The notes below the pieces were generated by a model, which worked only from the letters and a program-made list of their open reading frames with translations, was not told the origin of the DNA and ran no database searches. The translations under genes were made by a program, and so were the position numbers. This document shows, one piece after another, positions 42,655 through 53,563 of a stretch of DNA of 64,000 nucleotides. The stretch is from Myxococcota bacterium (GTDB taxonomy: Bacteria; Myxococcota_A; UBA796; SXON01). The DNA lies in the NCBI GenBank assembly GCA_040386535.1, contig JAZKFH010000019.1, forward strand, positions 32,001 to 96,000, given 5' to 3'. The stretch's first letter is position 1; every line of letters begins with the position of its first letter.

Positions 42655-44445
42655 CTACGCCACCGCCATCACCGCGGCGCGTTGCTCGCGGAGCTTCCGC
42701 GCCTCGTCCAGGCGGCCGAGCGCCTCCTCCACGACCGCGGCGTGCTCGAGCGTGCGGAGGAGCCCGCGCAGATCCTGGATGCGCACCTGCAGGCGCAGGG
42801 CCTGCCGATAGGTCGCGCGCGCCTCCTCGAGCCGGCCCGCGGCGGCCGCGATGTCGCCGAGCAGCCGCGCGCACGCGGCGTTGGCGGGGGCCTCCCCGAG
42901 CGTGGCGTAGAGGGTGCCCGCCTGGCGCGCGGCGGCGGCGGCGCCCTCGTGATCGCCGCGCCGGAGCAACAGGTCCGCGCGGCGGCGGGCGACGTTGGCG
43001 CGCAGGAGCGGCTGGTCGTTGGCGAGCACGCCGAGCGCGTGCAGCAGGCGTTCGGCGCGGCTGTACTCGCCGCGGGCGATGGCGAGCGTCGCCTCGCCGA
43101 GGCGTAAGTTGGCGCGTTCGAGCGCGGCGCCGCCTGCCCGATCGACGGTCGCGGCGACCTGCTCGTGGAGGGTCCCGGCGGTCACCCACTCGCCGGCGCC
43201 CACCGCGAGGTCCGCGGCGCCGCGGAGCGTGGCGGCGAGGCCGATCGCGTCGTCCTCCATGCGGTAGAGCTGGCGCGCCTGGCGGTAGTGGGACTCGGCC
43301 TGCGGGAGCTGGCCGCGGGCGGCAAGCCGATCCGCGACCCGGCGGTGGAGCGTGGCGGCGCGCTGGGGGTCACGGGCGCGGCGGAACAACGCGCTCGCGT
43401 CGGCGTAGCGGCCCAGGGCGTCCTCGACCTCGCCGGCGGCCAGGAGCGCGTCGCCATCGGCCCAGAGCAGGGTGGCCACATCGGCGGGGGCGCCCCCCTC
43501 GCGAAGCGGGTCCGCCACCAGCGCGCGGGCCACCTGGACCTGCCCGGCGGCGGCCGCGAGGCGCGCGGCGGCGGCGAGGCATCGGCAGGCGTCCGCGCGG
43601 TTGGGCACGAGGTGCGCGAGGCGGCGCAGGAGCAGCAGATCGCGCGGATCGGGGAGCATGGGGAGGTGCGCGCCGCGCGCGAGGGCGAGCAGGTTCTCGA
43701 CGGCGGGGAGGGCCATGGCGGCGGCGTTCGCGTCGGGCAGCGGCGTGAGGTGGGCCGCGATCCCGCGTCGCAACACCACGCGGTCGGCGTCGGGCACGGT
43801 GGCGACCGCGGGGAGCGAGCCGCCGAGCCCGCCGGAGCCGCCGACGAAGCCGACGGGGAAGGCGGCGAGCAGATCGGCGATGGCGCCGAGCCGCGCGAGG
43901 GCCTCGGCGACGGGGGCCGAGAGGGCGCCGGAGAGGCGGGCGAGGAGCGGGTTGCCGCCGAAGTCGGCGGGGTCGGCGTCGGGCGCGAACGGCGCCAGGA
44001 GCGCGTCGGGGAGGCCGCCGAGCACGAGCGCGCCGGGGAGGGGCGCTTCGGAGACGAGGACCAGGCGGGCGTCGGCCGCGGTGGCGGCGGCGCGCTGGAG
44101 CGGCTCCAGGACGGCCTCGTTGCCGATGTCGTCGGCGACCAGGTCCAACGGCCCGAACGCGCGCATGGCGTCGTAGAGCGCGCCCTCGTCCCCCACGGGG
44201 CGGATCCCGACGGCCTCGCCGAGCGCCCGCACGGCGTCGGCGGCGTCCTCGCAGCCGAGAAGGGAGACGGCGACGAGCCTGCGCCCCGGGATGGCGACGA
44301 TCGCCCCCGCGAGCGAGGTCTTGCCGATCCCGGGCGGCCCGCTGATGGTGAGGGAGCCCTCTCGCTCCAGCCGCGCGCGGCCGTCGGCGATCTCCGCCGC
44401 CCGGCCGGGGAGATCCGGGCGCAGCGGCAACCAGGCGGGGATCAC
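42655..44445 (-). CDS. P-loop (STAND-like) ATPase with C-terminal TPR repeats
   Basis: GTG 44445 overlaps the rlmN stop; GPPGIGKTS, LDLVADD, GGNPL (GxP), many TPR-like helices. Confidence 0.7.
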   Translation of the reverse strand: MIPAWLPLRPDLPGRAAEIADGRARLEREGSLTISGPPGIGKTSLAGAIVAIPGRRLVAVSLLGCEDAADAVRALGEAVGIRPVGDEGALYDAMRAFGPLDLVADDIGNEAVLEPLQRAAATAADARLVLVSEAPLPGALVLGGLPDALLAPFAPDADPADFGGNPLLARLSGALSAPVAEALARLGAIADLLAAFPVGFVGGSGGLGGSLPAVATVPDADRVVLRRGIAAHLTPLPDANAAAMALPAVENLLALARGAHLPMLPDPRDLLLLRRLAHLVPNRADACRCLAAAARLAAAAGQVQVARALVADPLREGGAPADVATLLWADGDALLAAGEVEDALGRYADASALFRRARDPQRAATLHRRVADRLAARGQLPQAESHYRQARQLYRMEDDAIGLAATLRGAADLAVGAGEWVTAGTLHEQVAATVDRAGGAALERANLRLGEATLAIARGEYSRAERLLHALGVLANDQPLLRANVARRRADLLLRRGDHEGAAAAARQAGTLYATLGEAPANAACARLLGDIAAAAGRLEEARATYRQALRLQVRIQDLRGLLRTLEHAAVVEEALGRLDEARKLREQRAAVMAVA

Positions 44446-45506
44446 GGGCGCTCGGGCGCGGCGGCCGTCCCGACGCGGCGCTTCATCACCGTCGACTTGA
44501 GCTGGCCGCAGCCGGCGTCGATGTCGATGCCGCGCCGCACGCGCACGGTGGCGGGCACCCCGTAGCGCTCGAGGATCTCCACGAAGCGCGAGGCGTCGGG
44601 GAGCGCGGTGGGGGCGCCGTCGTAGCGGGTTGTGGGGTTCAGGGGGATGAGGTTCACGTGGCACGGGAGGCCCTTGAGCAGCCGGCCCAGACGCTCGGCC
44701 TCCTCGGGCTGATCGTTCTTGCCCGCGATGAGCGCCCACTCGAACGTGATGCGGCGCCCGGTCTTGTCGACGTAGAAGCGGCAGGCGTCCAGCAGCTCGG
44801 CGATCGGCCACCGGTCGTTGATCGGCAACAGCGCGCTCCGCTCGGCGTCCGTGGCGGCGTGCAGGCTGATCGCGAGCGTGACCTGCAGGCCTTCCTCGGC
44901 GAACTGCCGGATCTTCGGCGCGAGGCCGACCGTGCTCACCGTGATGTGGCGGGCGCCGATCCCGAGCTCGCGGTTGAGCCTGCGGATGGCCTCGAGCACC
45001 GCGTCGTAGTTGTGGAAGGGCTCGCCCATGCCCATGAGCACGACGTTCGAGAGGCGCTCGCCCTTCTGCTGGAGCTCGCGCGCGTAGAGCGCGGCCTGCT
45101 CGAAGATCTCGGTCGAGGTCAGGTGCCGCGCGAACCCCATCTGCCCAGTCGCGCAGAACACGCAGCCCATCGCGCAGCCCGCCTGCGACGAGATGCACGC
45201 GGTGCGCCGCCCGTCGTCATAGGCCATGAGCACGGCCTCGACGAGCTGGCCGTCGTGCAGGCGGTACAGCCGCTTGACGGTGCCGTCCTTGCTCACCTGC
45301 TCGGACTCCACGTCGAGCGCGCCGAGGGTGAAGTGGGACTCGAGCGTGTCGCGCAGGTGCTTCGGGAGGTCGGTCATCTCCTGGAAGCTGGCGGCGCCGC
45401 GCTCGTAGAGCCACGACCGGATCTGCTTCGCGCGGTAGCCCGGCTGCCCGAGCGTGGTCAGCCGCGTGGCGAGCTCGGCCTCGGAGAGCCCGTAGAGATC
45501 CTCCAT
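44442..45506 (-). CDS. rlmN: 23S rRNA (adenine2503-C2)-methyltransferase RlmN
   Basis: CISSQAGCAMGCVFCATG, MGMGEP, ISLHA, VNLIPLN, DIDAGCGQL. Confidence 0.95.
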   Translation of the reverse strand: MEDLYGLSEAELATRLTTLGQPGYRAKQIRSWLYERGAASFQEMTDLPKHLRDTLESHFTLGALDVESEQVSKDGTVKRLYRLHDGQLVEAVLMAYDDGRRTACISSQAGCAMGCVFCATGQMGFARHLTSTEIFEQAALYARELQQKGERLSNVVLMGMGEPFHNYDAVLEAIRRLNRELGIGARHITVSTVGLAPKIRQFAEEGLQVTLAISLHAATDAERSALLPINDRWPIAELLDACRFYVDKTGRRITFEWALIAGKNDQPEEAERLGRLLKGLPCHVNLIPLNPTTRYDGAPTALPDASRFVEILERYGVPATVRVRRGIDIDAGCGQLKSTVMKRRVGTAAAPERP

Positions 45507-45590
45507 CGTCCCTCCTGGCGCGTCCTAACCCGTTCGGGTGCAATTCCCGGGGCGGGGCGATAGGTTCGCGCCCCAAGAAGGACCCCCCAG

Positions 45591-46453
<863 letters not shown>

Positions 46454-46457
<4 letters not shown>

Positions 46458-47269
46458 GCGGCGCGGAACAGCAGGACGTCATGGCCGTCGGCCCGGTCCA
46501 CCTCGAGCGCATCGATCATGTCGCCGTCATCACGATCGATCGGCCCAAGGCGCTCAACGCGCTCGACGCCGCCACGCTCCGCGCGCTCGACAACGTGCTC
46601 GACGCGCTGACGTCGGGAGAGGGCGGGGAGGCCCGTGCTGTCGTCATCACCGGGGGAGGGGAGAAGGCCTTCGTCGCCGGGGCGGACATCGCGGCGATGT
46701 CGATGCTCACGCCGGTGGAAGCGGCCCGGTTCGCCACGCTCGGCCAGCGCGTGCTCGACAAGCTCGAGGCCCTGCCGATGCCCGTCATCGCGGCGGTCAA
46801 CGGGTTCGCGCTCGGCGGCGGCTGCGAGCTGGCGCTCGCGTGTGACCTCGTCCTCGCGGCGCCGAACGCGGTGTTCGGCCAGCCCGAGGTCAAGCTCGGC
46901 GTCATCCCGGGCTTCGGCGGCACGCAGCGCCTCGTGCGTCGCGTCGGCTCGATGCGCGCGCGCGAGCTCGTGTACACCGGCCGCAACGTCCGGGCCGAGG
47001 AGGCTGTCGACATCGGCCTCGCGCTGAAGGTCGTCACCGAGGGCACCGTCAAGGACGCCGCGCTCGCGATGGCCGCGCAGATCGCCGCCCAGGGGCCCGT
47101 GGCCGTGCGCCTCGCCAAGCGCGCGATCCTCGATGGGGACGGCGCGGATCTGCGCGTCGGCCTCGCGGGGGAGCGCACGTTGTTCGCGCTCTGCTTCACG
47201 ACGGCGGACCAGAAGGAGGGGATGGCGGCGTTCCTCGGCAAGCGCGCACCGGGGTTCACCGGGGCGTGA
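46454..47269 (+). CDS. crt: Enoyl-CoA hydratase (crotonase)
   Basis: RPKALNAL, AFVAGADI, ALGGGCELA, QPEVKLG.IPGFGGTQRL; start GTG 46454 or ATG 46481. Confidence 0.92.
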
Positions 47270-47967
47270 CCGCCTTCGCCCTCTCGCTCGTCCTCGCGTG
47301 CTCGACCCCGAGCGTGGCCGACCACTACGCCCGCGCGCTGACCGCCCCCGACTTCGAGAGCGGCTGGGCGCTCTGCGCGGGCGCGGGCGCCGAGCGGGCG
47401 GATTGTGAGCAGGGCGTCATCACCCGGCACAAGCGGTTCGACCGATGCGACACCATCGCCGAGGGGGTGTGGCGCGAAGAGTGCCAGTTCGCCGAGGCGG
47501 AGTACCTCTCGCACACCGGAGACCGCTCCGCCGCGATGCGCGCGTGCCATGCCAGCAACTTCTCGGTGAACTGCGAGCAGCACGTGCTGGACGGGCTCGC
47601 CATGAGCCTCCGCGACGCGCCCCCGGCCGAGGTCGCCGCCGCGCTCGTGAAGGTGGAGCCGGACATCAAGGGCCGGAACAGCGCCCTGGACTTCTGGCGC
47701 TCGTGGCACCGGATCCGGCTCGCCGCCGGGCTCCTCGTCTCCTCGGAGGACTGCCCGGACAAGACATGCCGCGCGGCGGTGCGCGCCCAGGTCCGTCGGG
47801 AGACGCTCGACCGCTTGAGGGGCGGATGTGCAGCCACGCCTCCCACGCTCGGCGCGACGTCCCCCGCGGTCACCACCTCGATCGAGCGCGTATGGCGCGA
47901 GCGGTGCTGCACGGAAGGTGCAACGTGTAGCCCCGCTACCGTTGAACTAGCCAACGGGGCGGAATAG
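47266..47967 (+). CDS. Cys-rich hypothetical lipoprotein
   Basis: GTGA overlap; LVLAC; regularly spaced Cys in helical repeats. Confidence 0.6.
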   Translation: MTAFALSLVLACSTPSVADHYARALTAPDFESGWALCAGAGAERADCEQGVITRHKRFDRCDTIAEGVWREECQFAEAEYLSHTGDRSAAMRACHASNFSVNCEQHVLDGLAMSLRDAPPAEVAAALVKVEPDIKGRNSALDFWRSWHRIRLAAGLLVSSEDCPDKTCRAAVRAQVRRETLDRLRGGCAATPPTLGATSPAVTTSIERVWRERCCTEGATCSPATVELANGAE

Positions 47968-47991
47968 GGGGCGAGCCCGACGGAGCGCCCA

Positions 47992-49137
47992 ATGTTCGAC
48001 CTTCCCGACGACATCAAAGAGATCCAGGGGCTCGCGAAGGACTTCGCGCGCAACGAGATCCTCCCCGGCGCCGCGGCTCGCGATCACAGCCACTCCTTCC
48101 CGAAGGAGCAGGTCGCGAAGCTTGCCGAGATGGGGTTCCTCGGCATGTTCGTGCCCGAGCAGTACGGCGGCGCGGGCCTCTCCACGTTGGCCTACGTCGT
48201 GGCGCTCGAGGAGATCTGCTACGCGGACGCGTCGGTCGGCGTGACCATGTCCGTCAACAACTCGCTCGTCTGCTGGCCGATCCTCGCGTTCGGCACCGAA
48301 GCGCAGAAGCAGAAGTACCTGCCCGACCTCGCGACTGGCCGCAAGCTCGGCTGCTACGCGCTCACCGAGCCCGACGCCGGCAGTGACGCGGGCGCGCAGC
48401 GCACCAAGGCCACGCCCCAGGAGGGCGGTGGGTGGACCCTCAACGGCAACAAGATCTGGATCACCAACGCGCCGCACGCGCAGGTGGCCGTGGTCTACGC
48501 CAACCTCGCCCCCGAAGAGCGCCACCGCGGCGTGTGCGCGTTCATCGCCGAGGCCGACTGGAAGGGCTTCAAGGTCGGCAAGCCCGAGGACAAGCTCGGC
48601 ATCACGTCGAGCTCCACCTCCGAGCTCGCGTTCGAGGACATGTACGTGCCCGCTGAGAACCTCCTCGGCGGCGAGCGCCAGGGCTTCAAGATCGCCATGG
48701 CCACGCTCGACGGCGGGCGCATCGGCATCGCCGCCCAGGCGCTCGGCATCGCCCAGCGCGCGTTCGATCTCGCGGTGAGCCATGCCAAATCCCGCATGGC
48801 GTTCGGCAAGCCCATCGGCGCCAACCAGGCGATCCAGTGGATGATCGCCGACATGGCGACGCGCATCGAGTCCGCCCGCCTCCTGACGTGGCGCGCCGCC
48901 GTCTACAAGGACGGAGAGGACAAGGCCCGCGCCAGCCACATGTGCTCCATGGCCAAGCTCGCCGCCTCGGAGACCGCCAACTTCTGCGCCGACCGCTCGC
49001 TGCAGATCCACGGCGGGTACGGCTTCAGCAAGGAGTACGAGGTGGAGCGCCTGTTCCGTGACGCGCGCATCACCACGCTCTACGAGGGCACCAGCGAGAT
49101 CCAGCGCATCGTCATCTCCCGCGCGTACCTGGGCTGA
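47992..49137 (+). CDS. Short/branched-chain acyl-CoA dehydrogenase
   Basis: ALTEPDAGSD, LNGNKIWITN, GGRIGIAAQA, QIHGGYG, YEGTSEIQR. Confidence 0.93.
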   Translation: MFDLPDDIKEIQGLAKDFARNEILPGAAARDHSHSFPKEQVAKLAEMGFLGMFVPEQYGGAGLSTLAYVVALEEICYADASVGVTMSVNNSLVCWPILAFGTEAQKQKYLPDLATGRKLGCYALTEPDAGSDAGAQRTKATPQEGGGWTLNGNKIWITNAPHAQVAVVYANLAPEERHRGVCAFIAEADWKGFKVGKPEDKLGITSSSTSELAFEDMYVPAENLLGGERQGFKIAMATLDGGRIGIAAQALGIAQRAFDLAVSHAKSRMAFGKPIGANQAIQWMIADMATRIESARLLTWRAAVYKDGEDKARASHMCSMAKLAASETANFCADRSLQIHGGYGFSKEYEVERLFRDARITTLYEGTSEIQRIVISRAYLG

Positions 49138-49139
49138 TC

Positions 49140-49595
49140 GTGGACAAGCCTGCTCCTTCTGCTGACGGCGCCCCAAACGGCGGCGATCCCACCGCCACGG
49201 AGCGCATCCGCGTCCTCGTCGCCAAGCCCGGGCTCGACGGCCACGATCGCGGCGCCAAGGTGGTGGCCCGGGGCCTGCGTGACGCGGGGTTCGAGGTCAT
49301 CTACACGGGCCTGCACCGTACGCCCGCGCAGATCGTGCGCGCCGCGGTCGATGAGGACGTGCACGTGGTCGGCCTCTCCGTGCTCTCGGGCGCGCACGAC
49401 GCTCTGCTTCCCGCGGTCGTCGCGGGCCTCCGCGCCTCCGGTCGTGAGGATGTCCTGGTGATCGCGGGCGGCATCATCCCGGCTGCCGACGCCGAGCGGC
49501 TCAAGGCGCAGGGTGTCTCCGCAGTGTTCCCACCGGGCACCCCCATCGACAGCATCGTTGGGTTCGTGCGGGCAAACGTGAAGCCGCGCTGGTGA
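49140..49595 (+). CDS. Acyl-CoA mutase small subunit, cobalamin-binding domain (methylmalonyl/isobutyryl-CoA mutase type)
   Basis: KPGLDGHDRGAK B12 motif, GLSVLSGAH, GGIIP. Confidence 0.92.
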   Translation: MDKPAPSADGAPNGGDPTATERIRVLVAKPGLDGHDRGAKVVARGLRDAGFEVIYTGLHRTPAQIVRAAVDEDVHVVGLSVLSGAHDALLPAVVAGLRASGREDVLVIAGGIIPAADAERLKAQGVSAVFPPGTPIDSIVGFVRANVKPRW

Positions 49596-49598
49596 AAG

Positions 49599-50321
49599 AT
49601 GCCCGACGTTGATCCTCGCGCGACGATCCCGTATCTTTCGCGCCAGGGAGGGGGGACGGTGCGCGACGGCGACAACAGCGGGGAGATCCTGCTGCCCGCG
49701 CTCATCACGCGGACCTCCTCGGAGCTCCTCGGGCGCCGACCGCTGCCGCGCGTTTTGCGCGAGCGTCCGGTCCTGTTCGTGCTCGGCCCCACCGGCGCCG
49801 GCAAGACCTCCGTGGCGCGCCGCCTCCTCGCCGACACGCCCGACTACCACGAGGCGTCGTTCCGCCCCGCCGTGGTCGCCGCCGCGCGCAACCACGTGTG
49901 GGCCCCCGAGCTCCGCGACGCGCCGGCGCTGTTCCTCGACGATGTGGATTGCCTCCACAACCGCTTCGGCGTGCAGGAGCTGCTCGGGTCGCTCCTCCGC
50001 GAGCGCGCGCTGCGCGGGCGGCGCACGGTGCTCTGCCAGGGCAGCGGCAACGACACGTCGGTCACGCTCCTGTACGTCGGCGTGCCCCTGGCGCTCCGCG
50101 CGACCGTGCTCCTGCGCTTCCCCGTGGGGCGCGGCCGCCGGCAGCACGTCAAGGCGCGCTGCCTCGCGCGGGAGCTGCCGTTCACCGGCGCGCGCGGCGC
50201 CGTGGGCATGGAGCCGTGGTCCTACGCCCTCGTCGAGGCCCAGCTGGACGAGCTTGCCCAGCTGGAGCTCGACCAGCGGGAGCTGACCCAGCAGGAACCC
50301 TCGCCGATGAGCCTGGCGTAG
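49599..50321 (+). CDS. DnaA/Hda-like AAA+ ATPase, stand-alone
   Basis: FVLGPTGAGKT, LFLDDVD.L.....VQE.L, resembling DnaA domain III. Confidence 0.6.
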   Translation: MPDVDPRATIPYLSRQGGGTVRDGDNSGEILLPALITRTSSELLGRRPLPRVLRERPVLFVLGPTGAGKTSVARRLLADTPDYHEASFRPAVVAAARNHVWAPELRDAPALFLDDVDCLHNRFGVQELLGSLLRERALRGRRTVLCQGSGNDTSVTLLYVGVPLALRATVLLRFPVGRGRRQHVKARCLARELPFTGARGAVGMEPWSYALVEAQLDELAQLELDQRELTQQEPSPMSLA

Positions 50322-50323
50322 CG

Positions 50324-52888
50324 TCAGTCCGGCTCGATGTAGCCGAGCGCCTCGAGCGCCTGCATCTGCGCGTTCTCGGGCGCGGCCAGCTGCTCGCCAT
50401 CCGTGGGGACGTGGAGCAGGGTGCCCGGTGTCGCCTCGAGGCGAAGCTCTCCGAGGGCGAGCTCCCCTTCGAGCAACGGCGACGTCGTGCCGCCCACGGT
50501 CACGGTGCCCGCGGGGCACGGGCCCTCGCAGCTGACGTACAGCTGGTGGCCTGAGGCGCGCGGGCCCGGAACGAAGCTCACCGCGCGCTTGTCGGGGCTC
50601 ACGACGATCCGGCCCACCTCCGCGACGGTGACCGCAGGCAGCTCGCCCCACTCGAGGTTGGCGCGCGAGCTGCGCTCGGCCTCGGGATCGATGACGCCCG
50701 CCGCCGCGATCGGCATGTCGAACCGCAGCTCGACGGGGCGGCGGGGCCCCTCGACGCGGAGCCGCCAGCCGGGCCGCACCGGCCAGCCGGAGGCCTCCGC
50801 CATCGCGCGTCGGAGCGTGTCGAGCCGCTCGGGCCCCACGTCGGCCACCCGGTCGGTCGTCTCGCCACGATCGTTCTGCAGGTCGTAGACCTCCTCCTGG
50901 CCGGTCCCGGTGTGCAGGATGTACTTCCACCCGCCGGAGACGACGGCCCAGCGCTCCTTGCCGAACATCAGGTGCCCGAGCATCAGGGGGCGCGCGGTCA
51001 GCGCGGCGGTCAGGCCCTCGCGCTCGGACGCGCGCGTGGGGTCGACGTAGGCGGCGAGCGACCGGCCGTCGGTCGGGACCGCGGGGAGCGATACGAGATC
51101 GAGGAGCGTCGGCACGAGGTCGATGAGGCCGACCGGCGCCTTCACGCGGGTGCCGCCCGACTGGCCACCGGGCGCGCGGATCCAGAGGGCGACGCGCACC
51201 AGCTCGTCGTAGAGGGTGTGGTTGTGCTCGAAGCCGCCGTGCTCGAAGAACTCCTCGCCGTGGTCGGAGTGCACCGCAGTCACGGTGCGCCCCGGGAGGG
51301 CCTCGAGCTCCGCGAAGAAGCGCCCGAGCTGCGCGCTCGTGTAGGCGACCTCGCCGTCGTACGCCGCGCGGATCCAGCGCTTGTGCTCGTCCCCGAACCA
51401 CGGCTCCGTGAGCAGGTTGTACACCTGCCAGCGCTCGAACGTCTCCGGCAGCTTCGCGGGCCGCGTCCCGCTCTGGAAGCGCGCGCCGTAGGGCGCGGGC
51501 GCGTCGTAGAAGGTGTGCGGGTCCATCAGGTGGAGGAACAGGAACGTGTCCTCGTCCGCGTGCGCCTTCTGCCAGGCGAGCGCACGGTCGATCTCCACGT
51601 CGGCCTTGGCGCCGTTCTCGTAGTGCCAGTGCTCGAACCCGTCGGAGAAGCCGAAGCGCGGCACGAGGTGCACGTTGGCGACCACGCCGGCGGTGCGGAA
51701 GCCCTTCGCGGCGAACGCCTCGGCCACGGTGGGCGCGGCGGAGGCGGCGAGGGGGTACCGGCCGGTCAGCGCGGTGCGGAACGACGGGCGGGTGCGGGGC
51801 GCGGGGGCCCACGCGGCGTCGAACACGACCGACTGCGCGGCCCACGCGTCGAGCTCGGGAGAGGTGGGGCGGCCGTACCCGTAGAGCCCGAGCGCGTCGG
51901 GCCGGAGCGTGTCGATGCCCACCACCACGACGTGGCGGGGCGTACGACCCGTGCGCGTCGTGATCGTCGGGGCGGTCACGACCGCGTTGGTCGCGCCGTC
52001 CGTGGCCGCGCGGAAGGTGAGCTCGACGCGCGTACCCGCCCACTTCGTCAGCGCGACCCGCTCGTCACGGGGAGCGTCCCCGGCGGAGGCCGAGGTGCTC
52101 CCCACCTCCTCGCCGTTGATCGACCACGCCAGCGTGGCGCCGCCGCTCTGGTGCTCGGGGAGCAGCGGGGCGAGCACCATCAGGCCGAAGTCCAGCGTTG
52201 CGACGGCCGGCACGTCGACCGGGAAGGTGATCTGGGCGCCGGGCGGCAGCTGCACACCTGTCCGCGTGATGCCGCCGACGGTCACCTCCGTGTGCACGAA
52301 CTCTGCCTCGCTCCCGACGCCCGACCAGCGGCGTTTGCCGGCCTCGGCGGCGAGCTCGGTCACCTTCATGCGTGGGCGGGTGGACCAGCGCTCGGGGTGC
52401 TCCAGCGAGAGGAGCTGGATCTGGCCGTCCTCGATGAACCAGCCCCCGCCGCGCAGATCGGCGGGGTCGTTCACGAAGGGGATCTCGGTGTCTCCCCGGT
52501 ACAACTTCGCGCCCATCGGCGCGTAGTTCGGCCGCGGCATGTCGGTGAGGAAGGGCAGGGGATGGCGGAACACGTGGAGGCGCCCGAAGGTGCGCCCGGA
52601 GTCGGTCCACTTGCCCTCCAGCACGAACGCGCCGGTCACGACGCTCGCGGCGGCCCCGGGGGCGGGCAACAAGATCCGCGCGGTCGCCAACGCGTCGAGC
52701 CCGCGCCACGCGAGGCTGTTCGCACCCTCGGCGAGGCCGAGCGCCGGGAGATCCTGGGGGGGCGGAGGCGCGGCCGGATCGGCGACGAGGCCGCCGGGGG
52801 CGCCGGTGCAGGCGGGGAGGGCGCCGACGCCGGCGCCGAGGAGGGCGGCGAGGGCAAAGAGGGCGCACGCGCGACGAGAAACTCCCAA
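50324..52888 (-). CDS. Sulfatase-like (alkaline phosphatase superfamily) exported protein
   Basis: IDTLRPD, TRPSF..LTG, HLMDPH, YDGEV, SDHGEEF, VGLIDLVPT; start TTG 52888 after GGAGG (uncertain). Confidence 0.82.
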   Translation of the reverse strand: MGVSRRACALFALAALLGAGVGALPACTGAPGGLVADPAAPPPPQDLPALGLAEGANSLAWRGLDALATARILLPAPGAAASVVTGAFVLEGKWTDSGRTFGRLHVFRHPLPFLTDMPRPNYAPMGAKLYRGDTEIPFVNDPADLRGGGWFIEDGQIQLLSLEHPERWSTRPRMKVTELAAEAGKRRWSGVGSEAEFVHTEVTVGGITRTGVQLPPGAQITFPVDVPAVATLDFGLMVLAPLLPEHQSGGATLAWSINGEEVGSTSASAGDAPRDERVALTKWAGTRVELTFRAATDGATNAVVTAPTITTRTGRTPRHVVVVGIDTLRPDALGLYGYGRPTSPELDAWAAQSVVFDAAWAPAPRTRPSFRTALTGRYPLAASAAPTVAEAFAAKGFRTAGVVANVHLVPRFGFSDGFEHWHYENGAKADVEIDRALAWQKAHADEDTFLFLHLMDPHTFYDAPAPYGARFQSGTRPAKLPETFERWQVYNLLTEPWFGDEHKRWIRAAYDGEVAYTSAQLGRFFAELEALPGRTVTAVHSDHGEEFFEHGGFEHNHTLYDELVRVALWIRAPGGQSGGTRVKAPVGLIDLVPTLLDLVSLPAVPTDGRSLAAYVDPTRASEREGLTAALTARPLMLGHLMFGKERWAVVSGGWKYILHTGTGQEEVYDLQNDRGETTDRVADVGPERLDTLRRAMAEASGWPVRPGWRLRVEGPRRPVELRFDMPIAAAGVIDPEAERSSRANLEWGELPAVTVAEVGRIVVSPDKRAVSFVPGPRASGHQLYVSCEGPCPAGTVTVGGTTSPLLEGELALGELRLEATPGTLLHVPTDGEQLAAPENAQMQALEALGYIEPD

Positions 52889-53002
52889 GCGACTCCGCCT
52901 CCACGGCGCGTGGTCTAACGCGGTCGAGGGGATGGGTCGTGAGGAGGGAGAGGTGAGCCCCAGCCGTTCACCGGTTAGTACGCTCGACCTTCCGGAGCCG
53001 CC

Positions 53003-53524
53003 GTGCACACCCCCGACGAGTCCCTCGCCATCACCCTCGCGACCTTCCTGTTCCTCGTGCGCCGCGCGGGCCACCCCCTGCAGGACCCCGCGGTCGAGTC
53101 CGCCTGCGCGGCGTTCGACGCGGGCGGCGCCCCGGTCGACGTGCTGGGCAAGGCCCTGGTCGACGCCGTGCGCGCTCGCCTCGCCGGCGCCCGCGTGGAG
53201 GACGTCGTGACCGCCCTCGGCGCGCTCCTCGGCGAGGATCACGTGCTCACCGATCTCGGCGAGGCCCCCGAGCGGGACGCGCGCATCGCCTCCATCCGCC
53301 GCGCCCACTTCGGCCACTCGCTGCCCTGGCTCGCCGTCATCATCGATCGCCTGCCCGACGGCGAGGTCGGCCGCCACTGGGTGATGGTCGAGGCGTTCGA
53401 CGAGTCCGCCCGCGTGATGGACCCGAACCCGTGGGACGACAAGGACGAGGAGCGCTCGTTGCCCGTCAACGACTTCATGGTCCAGTGGGAGCTCGCGGGC
53501 TGCCGGAGCGTGCGGGTCAAGTAG
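53003..53524 (+). CDS. Hypothetical protein with peptidase C39-like C-terminal motifs
   Basis: HWVMV...VMDP...F..W pattern. Confidence 0.6.
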   Translation: MHTPDESLAITLATFLFLVRRAGHPLQDPAVESACAAFDAGGAPVDVLGKALVDAVRARLAGARVEDVVTALGALLGEDHVLTDLGEAPERDARIASIRRAHFGHSLPWLAVIIDRLPDGEVGRHWVMVEAFDESARVMDPNPWDDKDEERSLPVNDFMVQWELAGCRSVRVK

Positions 53525-53563
53525 GCCGCTCGTCCGGGCCGGCCCCCCGCGCTAAGCCGCCCC

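Noticed and set aside
52889..53377. N-terminal extension of the sulfatase-like ORF to 1017 aa
   Set aside because: It is antisense to the 53003..53524 gene; the signal peptide and RBS point to a start near 52888
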